A DNA stretch of 64,000 bases from Thermoproteota archaeon (GTDB lineage Archaea > Korarchaeota > Korarchaeia > Korarchaeales > JAOZGB01). The notes under the pieces were generated by a model. That model was not told the DNA's origin, searched no databases, and worked only from the letters and a program-made list of their open reading frames with translations. Below, in pieces: positions 18,379 to 28,913 of this stretch. Location: the NCBI GenBank assembly GCA_037917685.1, contig JAVCBU010000011.1, forward strand, positions 32,001 through 96,000, read 5' to 3'. Each line of letters begins with the position of its first letter. Within the stretch, counting starts at the first letter, position 1. A program made the position numbers and the translations under genes.

Positions 18379-19197
18379 TTGGACTTGTTTTATGTCGGCT
18401 TGGTTTTCCTAGGCTTGGTGGTCGGCTGCATTGGTGCCTATGTTGGGATAGGGGGAGGATCTATTATCAGCCCAACACTGATCCTTATAGGGATAGACCC
18501 GCACATGGCAGCTGGAACTAGTCTCGCCGTGGTTTTCTTTACAGGTCTATCTTCGGCGATAGCCTACGCCCGTAAACGCCTGGTGGACTGGAAAATAGGT
18601 TTAATCCTCGAATTATCCTTATTCCCAGGGGGCTACGTGGGTTCTAGACTTACAGGAATAACAGCCAGCCAGACGATGAAGAAAGCCTACACCATACTAT
18701 TATTTGCCCTGTCAGCTTACATGTGGGTTTCTCAGAGTAGGAGAAAGGGGGAAGAGACCAGAGACCCTAAGTACAGGATCAACCTGTCGGTTGCGCTTCC
18801 ACTAAGCTTCATCGCAGGCTTATCATCGGGATTCTTCGGAATTGGTGGAGGCGTGATAAAAGTGCCGCTACTCACCTTCCTCGGAATGCCGGTACATAAT
18901 GCAGTGGCAACATCGACATTTATGATAATGATAACCTCGATAGGGGGGCTAATGGGACACATACACCTTGGAAATGTAAATCCAATATACGCCCTGGCAA
19001 TAGCGCCTGGAATATTCCTCGGGGCACAGTGCGGGTCAAAACTCGCCTACAAGTCTAAACCAGAAATGGTGGCCAAAATATTCTCTATAGTCCTCATAAC
19101 AATAGCATTTTCAATACTGTTAAGGGGTAGAACAGGCCGCCAGGCCCTTCTACCCTGTATGCCTACGGCTACGCCCCTATACGGTATAGTGCAGTAA
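18379..19197 (+). CDS. TauE/SafE (TSUP) family membrane transporter
   Basis: GIGGG repeated twice, AAGTSL and AVATS motifs, about 8 TM helices. Confidence 0.9.
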   Translation: MDLFYVGLVFLGLVVGCIGAYVGIGGGSIISPTLILIGIDPHMAAGTSLAVVFFTGLSSAIAYARKRLVDWKIGLILELSLFPGGYVGSRLTGITASQTMKKAYTILLFALSAYMWVSQSRRKGEETRDPKYRINLSVALPLSFIAGLSSGFFGIGGGVIKVPLLTFLGMPVHNAVATSTFMIMITSIGGLMGHIHLGNVNPIYALAIAPGIFLGAQCGSKLAYKSKPEMVAKIFSIVLITIAFSILLRGRTGRQALLPCMPTATPLYGIVQ

Positions 19198-19209
19198 CCT
19201 TTTACGATG

Positions 19210-19983
19210 CTACATTGAACACCCGGCGGAGGCAGCCGTGTACCCGGATGCTACGCTTTCACGACTCGCATTGTTCCATACAGGCTTTGAAGCTCCTTCA
19301 GGGGCCTTTGGCTTCCATATAAGTGCCAGGATCCCCCCAGTAAAGCATAACGGTTTCGGCCCAACGATAACCGGAGATATAAGGATCATTATCCCAAGGT
19401 CTTCCGCTCTCCCAGGATACTTGTAGAGGGCTATGGCTTCAGCTATAATTACCAGGTCCGCGAAGATGTTGCACAGTATTAACATGGAGATGAGCCTGTT
19501 AAAGTTGATTGAGGCAGGAAATTTAGTCCGAGCATCGGTCCCGCATGCATCAGAAGCTCAACTAATCCCCCAATCAGCGTAACCGCAAACGCCGCTCTAG
19601 GCTTAGACCTTGTAACCGCCAGCTTCGGGGTGCCATACATCTTTGACCTCCATTTAATCGCTAGAATCCCTCCTGCTAGGCTTAACACGTTCGGTAACAG
19701 TAAAATGAAAACTTTCCCATCGACGAAATATTCGCAGGATTCAACATCACGGTTGATAACACTACTATTATTACGCCCAAAATTTGGCCGCCGTAGGATT
19801 TCTGTAGAGAAGCACAGCCCCTAAGATGATTATAGCATTGACAATGGTGAAATGCAGACCAATAATGAAGCCGAGCGCGGAGTCACTGTCCCATGCAGTT
19901 ATCAACATAGCTAAACCTACTATTAGCTCCGCCGCACCATCGAACAGTGAAAGTACATATGGAAACTTGGGTTTAGCATCCAC
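19210..19983 (-). pseudogene. Frameshifted membrane protein with two internal repeat units
   Basis: Three ORF pieces join into two units of KP..LSL.GG..EL / LY..P..A..LG / GGILA..W; at least three frame breaks. Confidence 0.65.
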
Positions 19984-20117
19984 TATAATCACCAGGGTAG
20001 CCGCGCCTTAATAGATGATAAAGTTTAGATAACATTGTTACTGTAATCCTACCATTACCTGTCTAGCCTGCAGCCTCATGACCATAGGCTATTAAGCTAA
20101 TTTCTGGTAAGAGGCAT

Positions 20118-20987
20118 GTGATGTTTACCAAAGGCCGGGGCACTACACTCGCATCCATATTAGCCTATATACCATTATCTGCTGTCTGCTTATACATTAG
20201 ACTCTACACGCTTGTCATAGCATTCATAGGAGCCGCCGTATTCGCGTTGTCGCTACGGAAGCCCCGCAGATCAGTAGTAGTATTAGCCGTAAGCATACTC
20301 TTCCTAAGCCCAAACCCGTACAGGCTTCTACAGCAGTGCCCTAGGTACTGGGAGCCCTCAGCCCTTGTAGAGCCTGTCTACATTAATGTGAGCTTCTCCA
20401 GCTGGGAAGTGTTTGAAAAACAGATATATGAGATGCTCCCCTACCAGTTTGACTATCTAAACTGGAATACAGCTGACTACTGGCCCACACCAGCCGAAGC
20501 CCTAAGGGCTGGCTGTGAGGACTGCGACGGAAGAGCAATCCTAGCCTGCAGCATTCTCAGAGACATGGGATACCATGCTAGGGTCGTTGTAGGCTTAGAT
20601 CACGCATGGGTTGAGGTTAAAGAAGGGGATGAATGGGTTGGGATTCTATGGCCAAGGCCGCCGGGGCTCTTAAGCTTCAATGATACCCACACATGCCATG
20701 TCGGTTTTCTTAGGGAGTTGAAGATACGCCTACTACCGCCCCTGTTCTACATGGACTGGCTGATGATCGTCGGAGTATCCATGTGGCTTGCCACCTGCCT
20801 ACTCATCGCATCACCAGATGTAAAGAGAGGGTTGAGAGCTTTCATCCTAGGCATCGCCGTCTACACGCCTCTCGCCTACTTGTACTCAGAGGTGTCCCAC
20901 CATGTACCCATACTGTCTACAGTCTTAGGCCTAGCCCTTTCATATGCGGGTTTAAAGCTGGTAGCTAGGCTTACAGGAATCGCCTAG
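20118..20987 (+). CDS. Membrane-anchored transglutaminase-like cysteine protease domain protein
   Basis: YWPTP.E, EDCDGRAIL, HAWVEV; flanked by TM helices. Confidence 0.78.
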   Translation: MMFTKGRGTTLASILAYIPLSAVCLYIRLYTLVIAFIGAAVFALSLRKPRRSVVVLAVSILFLSPNPYRLLQQCPRYWEPSALVEPVYINVSFSSWEVFEKQIYEMLPYQFDYLNWNTADYWPTPAEALRAGCEDCDGRAILACSILRDMGYHARVVVGLDHAWVEVKEGDEWVGILWPRPPGLLSFNDTHTCHVGFLRELKIRLLPPLFYMDWLMIVGVSMWLATCLLIASPDVKRGLRAFILGIAVYTPLAYLYSEVSHHVPILSTVLGLALSYAGLKLVARLTGIA

Positions 20988-21029
20988 CTTTACTATACTT
21001 TCCCATCCACTAAACCCTGCATAGAGGTT

Positions 21030-21918
21030 TTAGTTGTGGTACTCGGATGCTATCCTGTGTGCGAGTTTCTTTGAGAGGGCTATGATTGTTAGGACTGGAG
21101 GTACACCTGGCGCTTTTGGAAGGATGCTACCATCTGACACGAAGAGCCGGCTTATCTCCGTCTCTTGCTCGCTGTTCACAACACGGTCTATTCCGGCCGT
21201 TCCGCCGACATGTGCGCCTCTAACTCCTGTTGTGAATATGGACTTAGGATTAGACCCTGCACTGGCAAGTATGTCCTTTGATATTTGGATTCCCCTCCTT
21301 AATCTCTCATCATCTTTACTTGTAACACTTTTACTTATGGTGCCGTCAGCGTGCACCACGCCTGAGTCCTCCTGTGGAATTCATCTATTAGTGTTGCCAT
21401 GCCAGCTTCCTCCTCCATTTTACTGCCCATCATCCCGTAGGTATTAACGAATAGATCGACGAATAGGTTTCCCCCGGCGTTGGTTAAGCCCGATTTCTGA
21501 AGAATAATAGGCGTACCTATTCCTCCAGCCGCCAGTACTACATTTTTAGCCTCAATCTCGTATGATCCTTTAGCACCATGCACCTTAACTCCTTTGACTT
21601 CTCCTCCGGAATGTAAAACCTCGTCTACGGAGGTATTTAAAAGCATTCTTGCGCCTGCCCTAAATACATCCCAAATGTACATCTGACTTGACCATTTAGC
21701 TCCGTACTTGCAACCAGTAACACACATGCCGCAACTTCTACACTTAGAGAAATCTATGAATTTAGGCATTGGTTTTACATTGTATCCCAGCTCCTCTGCC
21801 GCTGTTTTCAGCCTCCTCGTCCTCTCACCCATCATCTTCTCAGGAAATGGTGAAACGTGAAGCTCCCTTTCAGCCTCCCTAAACTCATCCTCTAACTCTA
21901 TCCCATAGTTTTTCAGGG
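21030..21918 (-). pseudogene. GMC-family oxidoreductase remnant, copy B
   Basis: CRSCGMCVTGC, LAAGGIGTP, GAHVGG, PGVPPVLTIIAL. An internal deletion of about 130 bp at about 21370 shifts the frame; N-terminus missing upstream of about 21918. Confidence 0.85.
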
Positions 21919-22023
21919 TGGCTTACATATCAGTTAACATATAAAACTAACTAGCAAAGAAATTTTATCTGTTATGTTTAAATAGTAAACTTGAATAATA
22001 TGTAAATTCTATGTATACATGGG

Positions 22024-22782
22024 CTACTGAAATCCTAAGTCTAAACCTATGGGGGGTGCGGCCCCTACATTATGTCCTTCGTAGATGTTTAGAGCTATTC
22101 TAAATGTTTCTTCAACCTCAGACTCCGATGACGCGCCGATTACTACACCGTGAACCTTGTTGACATGAGATATGAAGTTTAAAGCCTCTTTTGGCTTCAG
22201 CCTCCCAGCGGCAAGCACTTTCTTCGCCAGAACGATACCTTTAAACATGGATATTAGCTCGACGATCCTTCTGAAAGGCATATCAGCCATATATCCAATC
22301 TTGTTTAGTGGAAGCAAGAGTATTGGGCATTCAAGCTTGGATCGTATTAGCCATTCTAAAAGTCTTCCAGGCCTATGGGTAACAAGCCCGTAGCTCATCC
22401 CCTCTTCCCTTATTACATCGTAAACCTCAAGAATTCGAGTGGCCTTTAGGCTATCTGTTATCGACGCGTGCACCAGGCAGGCTTTAGCCTCAAGACCCTT
22501 AAGGACGTCAATTTCCGATTTGTAATCATTACAGCCTACAGTACCAACTATGTGCTCTGGACATTCATTCTCCAGCTTCAATTTTTTGGCGGCTACCACT
22601 AGAGGCTTGAAGGGTAGAAGCTGGAATCCCTTTACTCCCAGTTTGTACGCCGCTGAAACAACCTTTACGATGTTTCTAGGCTGCAGATAGAATTTCCTGT
22701 AATATTCCAACGCTCGGAGGCCGAACTGTCCAGCCCCTATGAATGGGCTTGACCCAATGAAAACACGGGGTAGATGGTTCAC
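22024..22782 (-). CDS. Conserved hypothetical protein, aldo/keto-reductase-like TIM barrel
   Basis: IGSSPFIGAGQFG, GLVTH, PLNKIG, AKKVLAAGRLKP.EAL resemble AKR-like archaeal proteins. Confidence 0.6.
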   Translation of the reverse strand: MNHLPRVFIGSSPFIGAGQFGLRALEYYRKFYLQPRNIVKVVSAAYKLGVKGFQLLPFKPLVVAAKKLKLENECPEHIVGTVGCNDYKSEIDVLKGLEAKACLVHASITDSLKATRILEVYDVIREEGMSYGLVTHRPGRLLEWLIRSKLECPILLLPLNKIGYMADMPFRRIVELISMFKGIVLAKKVLAAGRLKPKEALNFISHVNKVHGVVIGASSESEVEETFRIALNIYEGHNVGAAPPIGLDLGFQ

Positions 22783-22867
22783 GTAACGTCTACCCCTGCC
22801 TAAACTATAATTTTACCTTTAAGCTGGAAATGGTAACCTACCGTGTATGCTTAAGTGTAAGCGGTTT

Positions 22868-24013
22868 TTAGACATGTAACTGTGGTGCAAAGCATGAGAG
22901 AATCTTATAGGGGATAAATGCTTTAAGCCTTCCCTGAAGAGTGTTTCTCCCTAGCACCCTAAATTTTCCCTTCCCAAGGGATACTACTATGTCTCCAATT
23001 TCGTATCGTGGTAGTACGCTTGTTGAGACTATCAGGCTTCCATGCTGGCCTCTTTCCAGCATGTATAGTGGTTTAACCTTTCCCCCACATTTAACTTCGT
23101 AAAAGTAGATGTCATACATGGGCTTAAGCCCCAGCGTAGGCCCCTCTTGGACTCCGAAGGCTCCCTCGCAGGCACCGTAGAGTTCGACCACGTCGGCTTT
23201 CCTCCAGTAATGTTTGAGGAATGGCTTGTATACCATGTGGATGTCGGGAACTCCGGAGAGGAATATTACGCTAAAGTCGAACATGCTGGATACCTTCCTG
23301 TTTATCCTTCTTTCCACGTATCGGGCGAGCATGTAGAGTGGAATGGGGGATGAAACCGTGAATGAGACCTCTTTGCCGGCTGACTCCCCTAATGCCATGT
23401 TGTAGAGCTTTACCCACCACTTTCTTCCAATCTTCAGCCCAAGCCGGTCCACAAGTTCAGGTGTAGGTATCTGTTTAAGGCTGAAAGCAGGAGTTATTAG
23501 TCTTGCATGCATTCCTGAGATATGCCCGTAAGGAGCCTTAGACTCAGCCTTCCCGGCAAGCCCCTGGATGCTCGGTGGATGGAGGGAAAGAACGTAGCCC
23601 GCTAGGTATTCGAAGCTTGTTGAGAGGCCATATAGTGCTAGGGCTCTTGCTGAGACAACTATTCTATCTGATAGGTCCCTTGTGGTTACGGGTATAAGCT
23701 TCGGCGGACCCCGAGTCCTGGAGCTGGCGGCATAGTATAATGGGGCTGAGTCTAAACCGGCTTTCCACCGGCCCTGAAGAATATTTCTAAGAATACTTTT
23801 GTACTCCTTATACCTTAAGACTTTAAATTTCAGCTTGTAGGACTTAAGATCCTTAACCTCCCCTGCTTTCTCGGACCACGCCTCAGTCTTCTCGTAGGCT
23901 TTCAGCAGTGATTCTAACACTTCGGCCTGGCTTCTGGCAGGGTTATCTTGAGCCCTTCTATAGTCTTCAAGCCTGGCTTTTCCTATTATTGCGTCCTCGA
24001 GGCTCCCCAACAT
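22868..24013 (-). CDS. GH3-family (acyl acid amido synthetase-like) protein
   Basis: SSRTRGPPKLIP (variant of SSGTT..K.IP), ELYGACEG, LPRYEIGDIV, GR. No C-terminal domain. Confidence 0.75.
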   Translation of the reverse strand: MLGSLEDAIIGKARLEDYRRAQDNPARSQAEVLESLLKAYEKTEAWSEKAGEVKDLKSYKLKFKVLRYKEYKSILRNILQGRWKAGLDSAPLYYAASSRTRGPPKLIPVTTRDLSDRIVVSARALALYGLSTSFEYLAGYVLSLHPPSIQGLAGKAESKAPYGHISGMHARLITPAFSLKQIPTPELVDRLGLKIGRKWWVKLYNMALGESAGKEVSFTVSSPIPLYMLARYVERRINRKVSSMFDFSVIFLSGVPDIHMVYKPFLKHYWRKADVVELYGACEGAFGVQEGPTLGLKPMYDIYFYEVKCGGKVKPLYMLERGQHGSLIVSTSVLPRYEIGDIVVSLGKGKFRVLGRNTLQGRLKAFIPYKILSCFAPQLHV

Positions 24014-24090
24014 TTAGACTTTAGGTTTGGATTCTAATATAATCGTCTCGGATGCAACTCTAAATTTAAGCATACCCTCGAAATAATTCG

Positions 24091-25464
24091 ATGAATGTTA
24101 CCCTTGTCGACCCACCGAGAGGTCTATGGGACCTGCTTGGGGAAAGCGTGATGCCTCCACTTGGCCTGGCGTATGTTGCGGCATACCTCAGGGAGAGGGG
24201 GCATAATGTTAGCATTATAGACTGCAACGCTGAAAAGATAGGATGGGATGGGCTTGAAAAGAGGCTTAGAAGCACACATCCTGACGTTGTAGGCGTAGGT
24301 GGTGAAACCTGCCATGTGTACAAGGCTTACAGAGTATTCAAGATGGCTAAGGAGCTGGGTGTAGAGTATACAGTTGCTGGAGGCCCGCATTTCACCTTGA
24401 ACTATAGGGAGGCGCTGACTGAATGCCCCCATCTAGACTACGTGGTGGTGGGAGAAGGCGAGATAACCACGGCTGAACTCCTTACAGCTCTCGAGTCTGG
24501 TAGAGAGCCTTGGAAGGTTAGGGGGGTGGCCTACAGGAGGGATGGGCGGCCTGTATATAATGGTGACAGACCGCTTATAGAGGACTTGGACAGCCTCCCG
24601 ATGCCGGCCTTCGACCTTTTACCCATGGAGAAGTATAGGCTTGTAGCGTGGGGCGATAGGGTTACAATGCTAGTCTCAAGCAGAGGATGCCCTTACAGGT
24701 GCATATTTTGCAGCGAGAGAGTACTGTGGAGGGGTAAATGGAGGGCGCACAGTGCACGGAGAGTCGTGGACATGATGGAACACCTCAAAGATAGATATGG
24801 TAAAGATATAGTATGGTTTGGGGATGACACGTTCAACCTGGACAGGAATAGGATAGTTGAGATATGCAAGGAGATAAGGGAAAGGGGCCTGGATGTGTGG
24901 TGGGGGTTCGAGGGCCGTGCAGACCTAATACTCAGGGATAAAGATATTTTCGGTTTGATGAAGGATGCTGGGCTATTCTGGATCCTTATAGGGGTTGAAG
25001 CCGCGTCAGACCGTGAGCTTGAAGCCTACAATAAGGGTTTGAGTATAAGTCAGGTTAAGGAGGCCTTCAGACTTCTCAAACAGTATGATATCATAAGCCA
25101 GGCTATGTTCATCCTTGGCGGGTGGTGGGAGACCAGGGAAAGCATAAAGCAGAAGCTGAAGCTTGCAGTAGAGTTAGACCCCGACTTCGCAATATTCACG
25201 CCGCTTACTCCCTTCCCGGGAACCGAGCTCTACAGAATGGCAGGAGAGATGGGGCTTATCGTGGAGCATGACCTGTCCAAGTATGATTTCGCACACTTCG
25301 TCATGAGGTCCAACAGCCTATCCGTAGAAGAACTAAGGGCGCTTAGATCCTACTGTTACAAAAAGTTCTACAGGAGGCCTCTAAAAATTCTTAGAGGCGT
25401 GACGTCAGGGAATCGCTTTAGAAGAAGTTTATACCTATACTTTCTAAGAAGATTCATAATGTAA
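24091..25464 (+). CDS. Cobalamin-binding radical SAM protein
   Basis: PPLGLAYVAA, GGPH, VGEGE, SRGCPYRCIFC, DDTF, GVE, PFPGTEL. Confidence 0.92.
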   Translation: MNVTLVDPPRGLWDLLGESVMPPLGLAYVAAYLRERGHNVSIIDCNAEKIGWDGLEKRLRSTHPDVVGVGGETCHVYKAYRVFKMAKELGVEYTVAGGPHFTLNYREALTECPHLDYVVVGEGEITTAELLTALESGREPWKVRGVAYRRDGRPVYNGDRPLIEDLDSLPMPAFDLLPMEKYRLVAWGDRVTMLVSSRGCPYRCIFCSERVLWRGKWRAHSARRVVDMMEHLKDRYGKDIVWFGDDTFNLDRNRIVEICKEIRERGLDVWWGFEGRADLILRDKDIFGLMKDAGLFWILIGVEAASDRELEAYNKGLSISQVKEAFRLLKQYDIISQAMFILGGWWETRESIKQKLKLAVELDPDFAIFTPLTPFPGTELYRMAGEMGLIVEHDLSKYDFAHFVMRSNSLSVEELRALRSYCYKKFYRRPLKILRGVTSGNRFRRSLYLYFLRRFIM

Positions 25465-25505
25465 ATTTTAAATTGTAAACTTAACACTACCAGTAGGGTG
25501 TAGCC

Positions 25506-25706
25506 ATGGAAGAAGAAAAGAAGAGGAGGAAGTGGTCAGTACTCTACGGAAATATAATCGCCGGACTCACGCTGATAGCAATAGGGCTATCATTCCTGTA
25601 CGGTTTTAGATGGGAAATCTTCCTTATAGCCCTAGGAGCTGTTTTAATAGTAGGAGGAATCATCAAATGGTACTCGGGAGAAGAGGAGGAGTTTGAAAAA
25701 CCATAA
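25506..25706 (+). CDS. Small membrane protein
   Basis: 66 aa, two hydrophobic helices, GGGTG RBS upstream. Confidence 0.65.
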   Translation: MEEEKKRRKWSVLYGNIIAGLTLIAIGLSFLYGFRWEIFLIALGAVLIVGGIIKWYSGEEEEFEKP

Positions 25707-26076
25707 TAATCCTGACACTCAAGGTAAAAAAGAAATTCCTGTGCTAAGGCTTAAGAAGGCATACAGGGAGCTGGACTACATATTTATAGGAACAGTTCTA
25801 GCTGCTGGCGGAATGTCAAAAATTTACGGGGTGAACCCCTACAGTTCAGTGATTGTTGGGGTCATCTCAGCCCTGATAGTAGATATATCCTTGCGTACAC
25901 TTACTCTTCCACCCGTATTCTACTGGAGAATCGTTCTTGACTATTTCTTACTCCTAGCATCCGTCTCAGCTGTATTTTACATTCATGGTTTCCCATATGT
26001 GTCAGTTTTAGCATTTATTGCTTCGGCTGTAATGCTTTGGATACTCCTGTTTAGAAGACTTTTGACAACGGTTTAA
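25693..26076 (+). CDS. Hypothetical membrane protein
   Basis: 127 aa, about 4 TM helices, overlaps the previous gene. Confidence 0.6.
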   Translation: MKNHNNPDTQGKKEIPVLRLKKAYRELDYIFIGTVLAAGGMSKIYGVNPYSSVIVGVISALIVDISLRTLTLPPVFYWRIVLDYFLLLASVSAVFYIHGFPYVSVLAFIASAVMLWILLFRRLLTTV

Positions 26077-26106
26077 ACTTTAAATTTAATTTTAAAGGCT
26101 GGCCTG

Positions 26107-26624
26107 ATGCTAAGTATGTCTACGAAAAAGTTAACACTGGCCGCCGTGTTCATGGCTATGGCGTTTGCAGTAAGGAGTTTTAACGTGCTTGTCATAGAAA
26201 CCCCTGTACCGCCGCTGAAGATGGATATCAGAGACATACCGGTTTTCATAGGATCGATCCTAGTCTCTCCATGGCTGGCATGGCTAATCGGTGGGCTGCA
26301 AGCCAGTTCGACCCGGTCTTCGGGTGGGGGATAGACTTTATAGGCTGGATACCTGCAAGCATAGTGTGCAGCCTTATTTGGAGGAAGCTCAAAGGAATCA
26401 AGGTATCATACAGAGTTCCACTGTCTATAATAGGCGGGCAGGCCCTTGGATACTACCTGTTCACAGTTGCCTTTATAGGGTTTTACTGCGTACCCGACGC
26501 AGGCCTGTATGTTTTCCTAACCCTGCTACTGGGTAGAATGATAGGAAGCTTTATAGTGACAAGTATTGTCGGAATTCCTATTGTCAAGTTCATTGAGAGC
26601 CAGTATCCCAACCTGTTAAAATAG
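26107..26624 (+). pseudogene. ECF S-component-like gene split by a single frameshift
   Basis: 'MSTKKLTLAAVFMAMAFAV' (AxxxA) and 'DIPVFIGSIL.SPW' start; the hydrophobic C-terminal half is in another frame from about 26298. Confidence 0.7.
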
Positions 26625-26625
26625 G

Positions 26626-27045
26626 GTGCATCTCATGACCGAGTACAAGGTTTCAGCCAGGTATATCGGCGGCCTATCAATACTAGGTCTTACACCTAAC
26701 GGCAGCTACGTACTTATGAGCAGCAAGCGCGATGTAAAAGCCCCATCGCCAGTTCAGCTGCTCCTACTCTCACTTGCAGGATGTACATCTGTCGATATAG
26801 CTGCCTACCTCGAAAATAGAAGGGTATATGATTACTCTCTCGAAGTTACCGTTGAAGGAGAGAGAAGGAAAACACACCCAAGAACATTTAAGTGGGTTAA
26901 GGTAACGTACAGGGTTAGAATAGGGGAAGAGTATAGGAAGATGGTTATGGAGGCTGTTGATCTCTCATGGAACAAGCTCTGCTCAGTACTAGAGACGATA
27001 AGGCAGGTAGCAGACGTTGAGAAGGAGATCGTTTTCCTCGAATAG
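26626..27045 (+). CDS. OsmC/YhfA-family protein
   Basis: PSPVQLLLLSLAGCT, second Cys in KLCSV. Confidence 0.88.
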   Translation: MHLMTEYKVSARYIGGLSILGLTPNGSYVLMSSKRDVKAPSPVQLLLLSLAGCTSVDIAAYLENRRVYDYSLEVTVEGERRKTHPRTFKWVKVTYRVRIGEEYRKMVMEAVDLSWNKLCSVLETIRQVADVEKEIVFLE

Positions 27046-27089
27046 CAGGAGGTGAAGCCCAGGCTTTCTACTTAGGATTCATCACTCTA

Positions 27090-27824
27090 TTATTTTCTGG
27101 TTTTAAGTATTAGGTATTCCACAGCCTCTCCGTAGACTTTCCTCGATATCATGCCTGATGTCCTGCTTATCCCCTCTAACACCTTCCTGGGATCTCTTAT
27201 TTTTATCCCAGCAAGCATGTCTACACCATACTTGAACATTATAGGGGTCATAGGCGTTGAAGGCCCGGCTATAATTGTATAGGTGCCCTTTGCAAGTTCC
27301 AAGATCCTCTCAAGAGACTTGTTTATGAGAGTTGAACCGGTTATTAGGGTTACGTCGGATTCCGGTATTAGATATTCGCATGCGGTTGCCGGGTAGATCC
27401 CCTCCTCAGGTGATACTAGCTGAGGGTCAAGTTCTAGGATGTATAGTTGGCTAGCGGACTTCCTAACTCTTTCAATGTACTTTTTGGGGAACATTCCAAC
27501 TATCACAACCCTCTTTTGGCTGCAGATGCCTGGTAGAATATCGAATATATTTGTTTTATCCCCCTCCGGCTGTATTAGTGAGTTTATGGTTGCAACCCCT
27601 ATAGCTGCCTCTATAAGATTCCAGGAGTAGGCGTATTCGGCAAGCTCAAGGGCAGACTTCTCCGTAAGCCTGTCAAAGTCTTTGACATATGAATGTGACC
27701 CGGTGATGTAGGTTTTTGAAACTCCTAAGTTCCTGCTCCAGACCCCAGTCCAAGAGACGCCTACACGTACATCTCTAACTTCACAGTCCTCAAGAGATGA
27801 GATAAGATCCCCAATTATATCCAT
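27090..27824 (-). CDS. DUF364-like Rossmann-fold protein
   Basis: AAIGVATINSL, ITGSTLINKSL, GPSTP. Confidence 0.82.
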   Translation of the reverse strand: MDIIGDLISSLEDCEVRDVRVGVSWTGVWSRNLGVSKTYITGSHSYVKDFDRLTEKSALELAEYAYSWNLIEAAIGVATINSLIQPEGDKTNIFDILPGICSQKRVVIVGMFPKKYIERVRKSASQLYILELDPQLVSPEEGIYPATACEYLIPESDVTLITGSTLINKSLERILELAKGTYTIIAGPSTPMTPIMFKYGVDMLAGIKIRDPRKVLEGISRTSGMISRKVYGEAVEYLILKTRK

Positions 27825-27940
27825 AATAACCTATCAATAGTCCACCGCTGAACTATTATTAATTACGCTTCTCTACACTATACCGTCCAGGATCCTTTAG
27901 CCTATAAACAAATAATGGTTCATTATGTTCATTATGTTCA

Positions 27941-28913
27941 TTGGTTGAGCCCGGAATCTCAAAGCCATTAGTAGAGTATTCTAGATCAGTATCAGGCACT
28001 TCCAGACACATAAATGTAAATATACCTCTTTCTGTTGTCATATCGGTAAGTAGCAGAGTTGACATGATAAGCTGGGAAGCTTATCATGGCCTTTCCTCCT
28101 TTACAACTGGGACTCGCAGAAATGGATTGAATACAAGAACTTGTCAGCTGAATCAACACTGATAGTGCTAAGAGCTTTAAGAGACTATTTAAAGTGGAGA
28201 AGTGTAGATATCCCAAGCCCTACAAACATCTACCTTGAAACCTTCCAGCCAGTAGAAGTTAACCCCTGCCTTGTTCTACAAAAACTTCTACATGAAAGAA
28301 GTGTAGTCATTTCGGACTTCAAAAGCCTCGTAGAGCACAGAAGGAAACTTGAGGAAATAATCAGGAAGATTAACATTAAGCCAATAAGGATAGAAAGCCA
28401 TATGAGTTCATGGTACGCCAAAATGCTAGGCATAACACAAGGAAAAATAAAGCTCCTACTTTTAACATCAATGAACAATCCACTTAAAGAGATAGAAAGC
28501 TATCTACAGAACATTTCAAAAGAGCCTGATATCGAAGTTGAAGTCCTATTGTTTGAAGAAGACAAAGACAGAATAAAAATATCGCACTAGCGCTAGGATA
28601 CACGAACATCGAAGCCAATGGGCTTAGAATAGGATTACAACCAGCAGATACATTAAAGGTCACTTCTTCGAAAGGGAATATTACGCTAAGAATACCCAGC
28701 CTCATCATATCCGATCTAGAGGAATACATTGTTCTTCCTGTGGAGGAGCTGAACTTTCAGCAGTTAAGCCTAGCAATCTCGTATTTTAAGAGTAAGATTA
28801 ATGCTGTAGAAAACTGTATGGTTAAAATATTTGACGAAAATATGGAAATGGCATATACTTACTTCTATTGTCGCTCGCGATATAATTTAGAACACACCTA
28901 TCTCAATGTGTAG
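27941..28913 (+). pseudogene. AT-rich hypothetical gene broken by at least two frameshifts
   Basis: Consecutive open frames: 27941 to about 28065, about 28063-28580, and about 28578-28913 (switch at the ATAAAAAT tract). No recognisable motif. Confidence 0.5.
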
